Notes under the pieces: model-generated
What the model was told of the DNA's origin: nothing
What the model saw: the letters and a program-made list of their open reading frames with translations, nothing else
Databases searched by the model: none
Shown: piece by piece, positions 41,439-50,252 of the stretch
Numbering within the stretch: position 1 is the stretch's first letter
How the letters are laid out: each line of letters opens with the position of its first letter
Translations under genes and position numbers: made by a program
From: a candidate division WWE3 bacterium
GTDB lineage: Bacteria; Patescibacteriota; WWE3; UBA101185; UBA10185
DNA length: 64,000 nt
Assembly: GCA_012798115.1 (NCBI GenBank)
Contig: JAAZNV010000006.1
Span: forward strand, 91,971-155,970
Reading direction: 5' to 3'

Positions 41439-42059
41439 ATGAAAATATTGTTAATTGGTCCACCTGCAAGTGGGAAGGGTACAATAGGGGAAAGGATCAG
41501 TAAGGACTTACATATTCCTCTTATATCTGTAGGAAGTGTGTTAAGAGGCATTCCTGATAATCATTTTCAAAAAAAGAAAATAAGCGAAATTATGGAAAGA
41601 GGGGAGTTAGTTCCTCAGGATATTGTTGCTTCCCTTTTAAAAGAAGAAGTAGCAAAAGATACTGCAGAAAATGGGTTCATATTTGATGGTTGGGGTAGGA
41701 GGAAGGAAGATTTAGATTATTTTGATCCTAATTTTGATAAAGTTATTTATTTGAAAGTATCTCCAGAAACCTCCTTTCAGAGAATAAGTGCAAGAAGGAC
41801 GTGTGAAAACTGTGAGGCAGTTTATAATTTAACTTTTATTCCTCCAAAGATTTCTGGAGTATGTGACTTATGTGGGGGAAAATTAACAAAAAGAGAAGAT
41901 GAGTCAGAAGAAACTACAAGAAGAAGACTTGAAATATTTGAGGAAGAAACAAAGGAAACAATTGAATATTTTAAGAACCAAGGAAAGTTAGTAGAAGTAG
42001 ATGGAGAAGGAACTCCAGATGAAGAATACACCTTGGTTAAAAATGCTTTAGGTTACTAA
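41439..42059 (+). CDS. adk: adenylate kinase (zinc-lid type)
   Basis: P-loop GPPASGKGT; lid CENCEAVYNL...CDLCGG. Confidence 0.9.
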   Translation: MKILLIGPPASGKGTIGERISKDLHIPLISVGSVLRGIPDNHFQKKKISEIMERGELVPQDIVASLLKEEVAKDTAENGFIFDGWGRRKEDLDYFDPNFDKVIYLKVSPETSFQRISARRTCENCEAVYNLTFIPPKISGVCDLCGGKLTKREDESEETTRRRLEIFEEETKETIEYFKNQGKLVEVDGEGTPDEEYTLVKNALGY

Positions 42060-42107
42060 AGCATTCTTTATATTAAGCAAGACACTTTAAATGCTATAAT
42101 TTTTCTA

Positions 42108-43097
42108 ATGCCGTTTAATCTATTTAAAGAAAAAGCGCAAGAAAATCCTGCAGTAATTAAACATTGGAGAAAGAATCCAAAATCAATCGAGAAATATCAA
42201 TTTGTATATAATTTTCTTCCAAATCCAGATAAGAAGAGAAGAGCAAGTTTAATTTCTAATAAAGCTGTTTTTATATACTGTTCGTTAATTGTAATTGTAA
42301 CATTGGCTTTTAGGATAATACCAAAGTTCGCTCCTGGGGTTTTAGGTTATGCGTCCAATATTAATGTTAAAGATTTGCTTGAATACACAAACGGAAAAAG
42401 AGAAGAAGTAGGTCTTTCTGATTTGAAACTAAATTCTAAATTAACTTTAGCTGCTCAAGAAAAAGCAGCTGACATGTTTAAAGATGGATATTGGGCTCAT
42501 GTTGCACCTGATGGAGCAGAACCTTGGGATTTTATATTAGCCCAAAATTATGACTATATTTATGCAGGAGAAAACTTAGCTAAAAACTTTTCAACATCAA
42601 AAGAAGTTGTTGAAGCTTGGTATAAATCCCCGTCTCATAAGAGTAATCTACTTGGTGCTAACTATGACGAAGTTGGATTTGCAGTAGTGAATGGAGTACT
42701 AAACGGGTATGAGACTACGTTAGTTGTCCAAATGTTTGGAAGACCTAGAGAGCCTTCTATGGTTGCTAGTGTTTATGAAGAAGAAAGTGTCCTTAAGGAA
42801 AGTGTAAACAATTCTACCTTGGAACCTGTAAAAGGAAGTCAAACTTCTGCTTTGGAATCTTCTTCCTTTTCTCCTTCTACAGTGGTTTCCACCCCAAAAG
42901 TTGATATGACCTTAGCAGCAAAAAGTATAAGTTTAGCGTTTGGAGGTTTTGTTGGGTCTTTACTTGCTATTGATATGTGGTATTCAAGGAAGAAAGGTAT
43001 AAATAAGTTTACCGGACAAACCTTTGCTCATATAATAATACTTATTGTAGTTATTATTAGCGTTTGGTTCGTCCTTCAACCAGGTATAGTCTTATGA
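42108..43097 (+). CDS. CAP/SCP/PR-1-like (YkwD-type) domain protein with N- and C-terminal TM segments
   Basis: CAP domain LAAQEKAADMFKDGYWAH ... AWYKSPSHKSNLLGANYDEVGFAVV; hydrophobic N-terminus and two C-terminal TM helices. Confidence 0.7.
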   Translation: MPFNLFKEKAQENPAVIKHWRKNPKSIEKYQFVYNFLPNPDKKRRASLISNKAVFIYCSLIVIVTLAFRIIPKFAPGVLGYASNINVKDLLEYTNGKREEVGLSDLKLNSKLTLAAQEKAADMFKDGYWAHVAPDGAEPWDFILAQNYDYIYAGENLAKNFSTSKEVVEAWYKSPSHKSNLLGANYDEVGFAVVNGVLNGYETTLVVQMFGRPREPSMVASVYEEESVLKESVNNSTLEPVKGSQTSALESSSFSPSTVVSTPKVDMTLAAKSISLAFGGFVGSLLAIDMWYSRKKGINKFTGQTFAHIIILIVVIISVWFVLQPGIVL

Positions 43098-43354
43098 TGG
43101 AAGATATAAAAGAACATTTTGTTGAGTACGTAGCTTTGCTTATTGGGATGGCAGTTTTTGTTGTTCTTCTGGTAATCTATAGATTTGATAAAGATGCTCT
43201 TCTTATTATATCTGGCGTAGGTTCAGCTTTTTATGTAGCTTGGGGTATACTCCATTATGTTTTAAGAAAAAGACTCACTAGAACAATTGTTTATGAATAT
43301 GTTCTTTTTGGTATATTAGTTTTTCTTTTGTTGTTTACTGTCTTAAGCATTTAA
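43094..43354 (+). CDS. small 2-TM membrane protein (86 aa), hypothetical
   Basis: ATGA overlap with the upstream stop; two hydrophobic helices; 2 nt before the GT2-GtrA gene. Confidence 0.5.
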   Translation: MMEDIKEHFVEYVALLIGMAVFVVLLVIYRFDKDALLIISGVGSAFYVAWGILHYVLRKRLTRTIVYEYVLFGILVFLLLFTVLSI

Positions 43355-43356
43355 GT

Positions 43357-44484
43357 ATGAAAATAGTTGTTGTTATACCTACTTATAATGAGGCAAAAAA
43401 CATTGGGCGCCTAATAGATGCTTTAAGTGTTGAGTTTAAAAATATTCCTAATCATGAAATGCACATTCTTGTGGTTGAAGGCAACTCCCCGGATGGGACA
43501 GCTAGAGTGGTTAAAGAAAAAGAAGCAATATTTCCATTTGTTCATCTTTTAATGGAAGAAAAGAAAGCAGGTCTTGGAGCTGCTTATGTTTATGGATTTA
43601 AATATGCAATGAATGAGCTAAAAGCAGATGTTGTTGTTGAAATGGATGCTGATTTTCAACATGACCCAAAGGAACTACCAAGTCTGATTAAAGAAATTGA
43701 TAACGGTTATGATTACGTTATTGGTTCCAGATTTGTGAAAGGGGGGAGTATTCCTAAAGAATGGGAACTAAAAAGGAAGCTTTTTAGCAAACTTGGCAAC
43801 TTAACTTCAAAGATTGTCTTAGGAATAAAGGGAGTTAATGATTTTACTACTGGTTACAAAGTATCTAGGGTAGAAGGGTTTGTAGATACTATTGATTTGG
43901 ATAACATATTGTCTAAAGGTTTTGCATATAAAATGGATCTTCTTTATAAAATGCATAAAGCTGGCGCTAAGATAAAAGAAGTTCCCATTCAGTTTCAAAC
44001 AAGGGATGAAGGAAGTTCTAAAATGGAAAAAAACAACTTAAAGGACTCTTTAAGAGTTGTTATTAGTCTTAGACTAAAGGATAAGAATACTCAGAAATTC
44101 TTGAAGTTTTGTGCCGTTGGATTAGTGGGTTTGATTACAGATACTGGACTTGCAAATGTTTTTAGATTGACAATCTTGAGTTCAAAAAATGCCCCTCTTG
44201 CATCAGGTTTTATTGCAATGCTTGTTACCTTTTTGTTGAATAACTTTTGGTCGTTTAATGAAAATAAGATACCTGGTGTAATAAATAAGACAAAGTATTT
44301 TATTATTTATTGTGTTTCTTCCTATATTCCGATAATTCTTAGGTCTTTCTTAGTGGGTTTTTTTGTTTCTTCTTTTGGAAATACTTTTATTGTTTTTAAT
44401 ATTGCATTTTTCATTGGAATTGTACTTGGCTTAATCTGGAACTTTACAGTTTATAATAAGATAATATGGAAGGACAAGAAATGA
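43357..44484 (+). CDS. DPM1/ArnC-like GT2 polyprenyl-phosphate glycosyltransferase fused to a C-terminal GtrA-like 4-TM domain
   Basis: VVIPTYNEAKNI, DADFQHDP (DxD), then GtrA-like FLKFCAVGLVGLITDTGLANVF plus 3 more TM. Confidence 0.75.
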   Translation: MKIVVVIPTYNEAKNIGRLIDALSVEFKNIPNHEMHILVVEGNSPDGTARVVKEKEAIFPFVHLLMEEKKAGLGAAYVYGFKYAMNELKADVVVEMDADFQHDPKELPSLIKEIDNGYDYVIGSRFVKGGSIPKEWELKRKLFSKLGNLTSKIVLGIKGVNDFTTGYKVSRVEGFVDTIDLDNILSKGFAYKMDLLYKMHKAGAKIKEVPIQFQTRDEGSSKMEKNNLKDSLRVVISLRLKDKNTQKFLKFCAVGLVGLITDTGLANVFRLTILSSKNAPLASGFIAMLVTFLLNNFWSFNENKIPGVINKTKYFIIYCVSSYIPIILRSFLVGFFVSSFGNTFIVFNIAFFIGIVLGLIWNFTVYNKIIWKDKK

Positions 44485-45254
44485 TTGAATACTCTATTGT
44501 TATACCTGCATATAATGAAGAAGATAAGGTTACAAGTTCGTTAACTCAAGTTGTCAACTTTATGAGAAGTTTTTGTAGCTCTTTTGAGGTTTTAGTGGTA
44601 AACGATGGAAGTAGGGATACAACAGCAGACAAAGTAGGGGAGTACGTGAGAGAAAATCCAGAGGTAAAACTTATTAATAACCCACATAGAGGAAAAGGTT
44701 ATGCTGTTTGGACTGGAATGCAAGAAGCTAAAGGAAAATTAGTATACATGGCAGATATGGATTTATCTGCTCCCATTGAGGAACTAAGGAAGCTGAGCAT
44801 TTGGATAAAGGATCAAGATTTTGATATTGTTATTGCCTCAAGAGAAGGCGTTGGAGCTAGAAGAATAGGTGAGCCGTTTTATAGGCATTTGATGGGAAGG
44901 GTGTTTAATGTTTTAGTTCAGTTAATAGCCCTTCCAGGGATAACTGACAGTCAGTGTGGTTTTAAGCTTTTTAAAGGAGACGTTGCTAAGGATATATTTG
45001 GAAGGTTGGATATTTATGGTAAAAAAGCTGTAGATATAGACAAAGCTTACCTTGGAGCATGGGATGTTGAAGTTTTGTATTTAGCCAGGAAATTAGGGTA
45101 TACTATCAAGCAGGTTCCGGTAACATGGACTTTTGTTAAAACTAAAAGGTTAAGTCCAGTCAAAGATTCTTTGAAAATGGCCTTAGATGTCTTAAAGATT
45201 AGAATTAATGATTTGAAGGGAAAATATAAATCTGCTCAAATGCCCCGCAAGTAA
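44466..45254 (+). CDS. GT2 glycosyltransferase (polyprenyl-phosphate sugar synthase-like)
   Basis: YSIVIPAYNEEDKV, VVNDGSRDTT, MADMDLSAP. Confidence 0.75.
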   Translation: MEGQEMIEYSIVIPAYNEEDKVTSSLTQVVNFMRSFCSSFEVLVVNDGSRDTTADKVGEYVRENPEVKLINNPHRGKGYAVWTGMQEAKGKLVYMADMDLSAPIEELRKLSIWIKDQDFDIVIASREGVGARRIGEPFYRHLMGRVFNVLVQLIALPGITDSQCGFKLFKGDVAKDIFGRLDIYGKKAVDIDKAYLGAWDVEVLYLARKLGYTIKQVPVTWTFVKTKRLSPVKDSLKMALDVLKIRINDLKGKYKSAQMPRK

Positions 45255-45285
45255 CTAGTATATATTTGGGGTGAATTATTAACAT

Positions 45286-46656
45286 ATGAAAATTTGTGTA
45301 ATAGGTACAGGTTACGTTGGTTTAGTTGGTGCTGCTATATTTTCTGATTGGGGAAACACTATTGTAGGTGTTGATATAGATTCAGAAAAGATAGAAAGAA
45401 TAAAAAAAGGTGAAATGCCCATTTATGAGCCTGGTCTTTCTGAAATTGTTTTGAAAAATATTTCTGAAGGAAGATTGTCATTTACCACATCTTTATCAGA
45501 AGGAATGAGAGATGCAGAGATAGTTTTTGTATGTGTAGGAACTCCCCAAAGTGAAACTGGAGATGCAGATTTAACTGCAGTTTGGAAAGTAGCGGAAGAA
45601 ATAGGTAGAAATCTGGAAACGTATAAAGTAATTGTTTTAAAAAGTACTGTTCCTGTGGGAACAAATGAAAAAGTTAAAAAGTTAATTAAAGATAATTTAA
45701 GATTTAACACAGAGTTTGATGTAGTTTCCAACCCTGAATTTTTAAGAGAAGGTTATTCTGTTGAAGATATGAAAAACCCAGATAGAACTGTAATTGGTTC
45801 TGACTCTCCAAAAGCTCTTTCTATTATGAAAAGTTTATATGCACATCTTGGAAAGCCAATTGTTGAAGCTGACTTTAAATCTGCAGAGATGATTAAATAC
45901 GCCTCAAATGCATTTTTAGCTTCAAAAATATCTTTTATTAATGAAATGGCTCAAATTTGTGAAAGATCTGGAGCTGATGTTTCAGTAGTAGCAAAAGGAA
46001 TGGGTTTAGACAGTAGAGTAGGTCCAAAATTCTTAAATGCTGGTATAGGTTATGGTGGCAGCTGTTTTCCTAAGGATGTTGCAGCATTATATAAGACGTC
46101 TACTGATCAAGCTTATGATTTCAAGCTCTTGAGGGGAGTTATGGAAGTTAATGAACTTCAAAAGAATTATTTTGTATCAAAGATAGTTAGATATTTTGGA
46201 GGAAATCTTTCTGGAAAGACTTTTGGAGTCTTAGGTCTTGCTTTTAAGGAGAACACTGATGATATTAGGGAATCTGTAGCAATAGAAGTAGTTAGAATAT
46301 TAAGAGGCTTAGGGGCTTATCTTAAAGTATTTGACCCGCAAGCTATGTATAACTCCAAGAAGGTTTTAGGAGAAGTTGATATTAAATATTGTTTAGATAA
46401 ATATGAAGCAATAGAAGATACTGATGCTTTGATAATCCTTACTGAATGGAAAGAATTTGGAACTATTGACTTAGAAAGAGTGAAAAACAGTTTAAAAAGC
46501 CATGTTATCTTTGATGGAAGGAACATCCTTGATAGAAAAAAGGTCGAAGAAGCTAGATTTACTTACTTTGCAATTGGAAAAAGAACAAATGGAACTGAAT
46601 TGCTTAGTAAAAGACCAACAGGTACTCCTGGTGTAATATTAAAGAATGGAGACTAA
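45286..46656 (+). CDS. ugd: UDP-glucose/GDP-mannose dehydrogenase family protein (likely UDP-glucose 6-dehydrogenase)
   Basis: MKICVIGTGYVGLVGA Rossmann; catalytic GYGGSCFPKDV. Confidence 0.8.
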   Translation: MKICVIGTGYVGLVGAAIFSDWGNTIVGVDIDSEKIERIKKGEMPIYEPGLSEIVLKNISEGRLSFTTSLSEGMRDAEIVFVCVGTPQSETGDADLTAVWKVAEEIGRNLETYKVIVLKSTVPVGTNEKVKKLIKDNLRFNTEFDVVSNPEFLREGYSVEDMKNPDRTVIGSDSPKALSIMKSLYAHLGKPIVEADFKSAEMIKYASNAFLASKISFINEMAQICERSGADVSVVAKGMGLDSRVGPKFLNAGIGYGGSCFPKDVAALYKTSTDQAYDFKLLRGVMEVNELQKNYFVSKIVRYFGGNLSGKTFGVLGLAFKENTDDIRESVAIEVVRILRGLGAYLKVFDPQAMYNSKKVLGEVDIKYCLDKYEAIEDTDALIILTEWKEFGTIDLERVKNSLKSHVIFDGRNILDRKKVEEARFTYFAIGKRTNGTELLSKRPTGTPGVILKNGD

Positions 46657-47854
46657 GAAAAAAATTCTTGTTTTTATCCCGCAATTCCCGGTTTTAACTG
46701 AAACCTTTATTGAAAGAGAATTATCTAAGTTAGTAGAAAGAAACAACATTGATTTAGCTATCGTAGCTTTATCTAAAGGAGAAGGGAATGTATCAGATAA
46801 CTTAAGGAACAAAATAAATTACAAGAGATTAAGTCTTTATGATGCTCCTTATATTCTCTTGTTTTTTCTTACACATTTTTCTAAGATTCTATCTTTAGTT
46901 AGTAGCATCGAAGGAAAGTGCTGTAAGAAGTTGTTCTTAGTACTGAAAGCTATTGGTTACTCAAGGTATTTTTCAACTTTTAAGCCTGATTTGATTTTTT
47001 CTCATTTTATGTCTGAACCATCTACAATTGCAATGATCTCATCAAAACTTATTGGAGTACCATTTGCAATATCTGCTCATGCCAGAGATATTATAATCAG
47101 TGCTGATAATATAGCTAAGAAAGTGGAATGGGCTGAGTTTATCACTATTTGTAACAAGAATGCATATAACTCATTTTTGGAGCTAGTTAGTGAAGAGTAT
47201 ACTTCTAACGTTTTTGTTTCTTACCATGGTGTTGATGTTAATAAACTTGTTAAAGATGTTAATCAAAGTGATGAAAAACTAAGTAAGTTGGATAGACCAC
47301 TAGTGCTTGGAGTGGGTAGGTTAACAGAAAAGAAGGGTTTTAAATATTTAATAGAAGCTTCAAAGATTCTTAAGGATAAAGGAGTATATTTTTATACATT
47401 CATTATTGGTTCTGGACCTCTTTACTTTGAATTAGAAGAGCAGATTAAGAAGTTAGATCTAATTGATTATGTAAGCATCTTGGGTGGAAATAAAGGTTTG
47501 CCAAACATAAAAGTTTTGAAGTACTTAAGCATTGCCGATGTGTTTGTATTGCCAAGTATTCAAACAAGAGAAGGTGATGTTGATGGTGTTGCTAATGTGT
47601 TGCTTGAAGCTGGAGCATTTAAGTTACCAATTGTGGCAACAAATGCTGGTAGTACATTAGAAGTAATTAAAGATAATGAGACTGGGTTAGTTGTTCCTCA
47701 AGAGAACGCCAACACTCTAGCTGACTCAATTGATAAAATACTTAAAGATGAAAATTTAAGTACAAGACTTGGACAAGGTGCTTACATTAAAATAATAGAA
47801 GATTTTGATTTAAACAAGAACGTAGAAAAGTTAGAGTTACTTTTAATGCAATGA
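46646..47854 (+). CDS. GT4 (GT-B) glycosyltransferase
   Basis: EGDVDGVANVLLEAGAFKLPIVATNAGSTLEVIKDNETGLVV (EX7E-type region). Confidence 0.75.
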   Translation: METKKKILVFIPQFPVLTETFIERELSKLVERNNIDLAIVALSKGEGNVSDNLRNKINYKRLSLYDAPYILLFFLTHFSKILSLVSSIEGKCCKKLFLVLKAIGYSRYFSTFKPDLIFSHFMSEPSTIAMISSKLIGVPFAISAHARDIIISADNIAKKVEWAEFITICNKNAYNSFLELVSEEYTSNVFVSYHGVDVNKLVKDVNQSDEKLSKLDRPLVLGVGRLTEKKGFKYLIEASKILKDKGVYFYTFIIGSGPLYFELEEQIKKLDLIDYVSILGGNKGLPNIKVLKYLSIADVFVLPSIQTREGDVDGVANVLLEAGAFKLPIVATNAGSTLEVIKDNETGLVVPQENANTLADSIDKILKDENLSTRLGQGAYIKIIEDFDLNKNVEKLELLLMQ

Positions 47855-49059
47855 AAATAGCTGTATTTATAAAATCAACAACATTTCATAAAGGGTATGG
47901 TGGCTTAGAAGTCCAAAACAAGACCATATGCGAAGAGTTGGTCAAAAGAGGGCATACAGTTATTGTTTTTTCTCCAAGAAAAGAATTGGAATGCTCTGAA
48001 AGAGAAGAAAATGGTGTTAAGTATATTTTTATTAATGCTAGCTATCGTGGGTATTTATTCTCGTCCTTAAAAGTAGACAGCTGGTACAAAAGGTCCTTAG
48101 AAGTTTTTACAGATTACCATAATAAAGAAAGTTTTGATTTAGTCTTAAGTCAAAGTTCTTCTGCAGAAAGCGTCATTGAAAACAAAAACTTTCTTGGTGT
48201 TAAGGTTGTTTCAATTTCTCATGGAACAGCAGCTTCTGAATATCTCACTTTTATTAAAAATATATCAAGATTAAAGGATATTTTGTGGTTGTTTAGGAAT
48301 ACTCAATATTTTCTTAGGCAATATTTTGGAAGACAAAGAAGGTTTATTAATCATTCAAATAGGATTATTGCTGTTTCTAATTATGTAAAGAAAGCTTTAG
48401 TGGAAGAAACGTTTGTGCCAGAAGACAAGATTAGTGTTATTCATAATGGTATAGACTCTGCTGATTATTCTAATGCTATGCTATTGAACCAAGGAACAAA
48501 GAATACATTAGGTGATGTTAAAAGCAAGGTTCAAATATATTTTCTAGGTAGGATAGAAAGATCCAAAGGTATATTTACTATTCTGGATATTGTTAAAGAT
48601 TTAGAATCAGGGTTCGTGTTGCATATTGTTGGTGATGGTCCTAATCTTGAGGAAGCTAGAGATAAAGCAAGGGTTTTAGGATTGTCTGATGATGTAATTT
48701 TTCATGGTAAATGCATTCATAAAGATTTTATTAAACTCTATAAACCTGATATTTTTGTTTTTCCAACAAAAAGAATAGAAGGATTTCCTATGGTTTTGGT
48801 TGAATCAATGTTTGCAGGTCTCCCTGTTGTTGCCTTTAATATGGGAGGGGTTTCTGATGCTGTTGAAGATGGAAAGACCGGTTATCTAGTAAAAGAAGGA
48901 GACACAAAGGAATTTAAAAAAAGACTAATTGAGTTAATGAGTGATCCTTCTTTAAGATTTATTCTTGGAAAGAATGCTAAAGAGAAGGCAGAAAATGAAT
49001 TTAGACTTGATAAAATGATAGATGCTTATGAAGGGCTTTTTAAGGAGACTTTAAAATGA
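47851..49059 (+). CDS. GT4 (GT-B) glycosyltransferase
   Basis: EGFPMVLVESMFAGLPVVAFNMGGVSDAVEDGKTGYLV. Confidence 0.75.
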   Translation: MKIAVFIKSTTFHKGYGGLEVQNKTICEELVKRGHTVIVFSPRKELECSEREENGVKYIFINASYRGYLFSSLKVDSWYKRSLEVFTDYHNKESFDLVLSQSSSAESVIENKNFLGVKVVSISHGTAASEYLTFIKNISRLKDILWLFRNTQYFLRQYFGRQRRFINHSNRIIAVSNYVKKALVEETFVPEDKISVIHNGIDSADYSNAMLLNQGTKNTLGDVKSKVQIYFLGRIERSKGIFTILDIVKDLESGFVLHIVGDGPNLEEARDKARVLGLSDDVIFHGKCIHKDFIKLYKPDIFVFPTKRIEGFPMVLVESMFAGLPVVAFNMGGVSDAVEDGKTGYLVKEGDTKEFKKRLIELMSDPSLRFILGKNAKEKAENEFRLDKMIDAYEGLFKETLK

Positions 49060-50252
49060 AAATACTAAGAATAGTTTATGATTGGCCACCACCATGGCAA
49101 GGTTTAGCACCTCATCCGTATGAATTAACCAGTGCTCAAACAAACATGAGTCATGAAGTGGAAGTGTTTTGTGGGAGATGGCCAAAAGCTGGAGAAATTG
49201 AGCAACCAAATGGTATAAAAGTTAATCCAATAATGAGAGAACCGCTTAGTGGCTCCATTTTTTTCACTAGCTCTGTTATTTTATTCTTCAAATATTTATC
49301 TTGGAGAAGAAAAAATAATCCAGATATTATTCATTCCCATGGACACTTTGGAGTTTGGATATACCTTTATAGGAAGTTGCTCCAAAAGTATTTCCCTTGG
49401 TCAAAAGAACTTAAGGTTCCGCTTGTTGTTCATTTTCATAACATAGCAAAGGATAGGTGGGATTCTATGAAGAAAGCTAAAAAAGAAATAAAGCCTATTT
49501 CGAGGTTCTTGGTTTGGCCATTGTCTGCTTTTTCAGATAAACAAGCAGTTAAGACTGCTTCTGCTTGCGTATTTGTTAGTGAAGATAATATGAAAAAAGC
49601 AATTGATCTTTATGGAGCTGATCCTAAAAGATGTTTTGTCGTGGAATCTGGTGTCAACCCAAGATTATTTAAACCAGTTAGTGTTGAAGAAAAAGAAAAG
49701 TCTAGAAAAGATATTGGTTTTGATATTGAGGACAAAGTTATTTTAAACCATGGTGTGATGTCAGAAAGAAAAAATGTTCATCTTCTTATAGAAGCTTTAA
49801 AATATCTTCCAAGGAATTACAAGCTTTTTCTAGTAGGTTCTGTGGATTCTGGATACACCTCAAAACTCAATACTTTAATTAAAGAAAATAACCTTATAGA
49901 TAGGGTAATGATGGCAGGATACACTCCTTATCCTTTAGCTCCAATTGCTTATCAAGTTTCAGATGTCTTTGTTCTTCCTTCTTCTTGGGAAGGGATGCCT
50001 AAAGTTGTTGTACAAGGATTAGCTTGTGGAATTCCTTGCCTTGTTTCAGGCTTTAAATTATCTGAAGAAATTAGAGGTTTATTCTACTTAGAAAGTTTAA
50101 ATCCTGAGCATATAGCTAGCTTTATTCTACAGATTGTAGAAAATCCAATGAGTGTAGATACTCAAAAAGTTGCCTTATATTACTCATGGGATTTTAGGGC
50201 TAAGGAAATAAATAATATTTATGAATTTGCCAAGAAGAATTATCTCATTTAA
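49056..50252 (+). CDS. GT4-like (GT-B) glycosyltransferase
   Basis: EGMPKVVVQGLACGIPCLVSGF; N-terminal half divergent. Confidence 0.6.
   Translation: MKILRIVYDWPPPWQGLAPHPYELTSAQTNMSHEVEVFCGRWPKAGEIEQPNGIKVNPIMREPLSGSIFFTSSVILFFKYLSWRRKNNPDIIHSHGHFGVWIYLYRKLLQKYFPWSKELKVPLVVHFHNIAKDRWDSMKKAKKEIKPISRFLVWPLSAFSDKQAVKTASACVFVSEDNMKKAIDLYGADPKRCFVVESGVNPRLFKPVSVEEKEKSRKDIGFDIEDKVILNHGVMSERKNVHLLIEALKYLPRNYKLFLVGSVDSGYTSKLNTLIKENNLIDRVMMAGYTPYPLAPIAYQVSDVFVLPSSWEGMPKVVVQGLACGIPCLVSGFKLSEEIRGLFYLESLNPEHIASFILQIVENPMSVDTQKVALYYSWDFRAKEINNIYEFAKKNYLI

Noticed and set aside
45423-45731. 102-aa minus-strand ORF inside ugd
   Set aside because: Antisense to a conserved dehydrogenase with no supporting signals.
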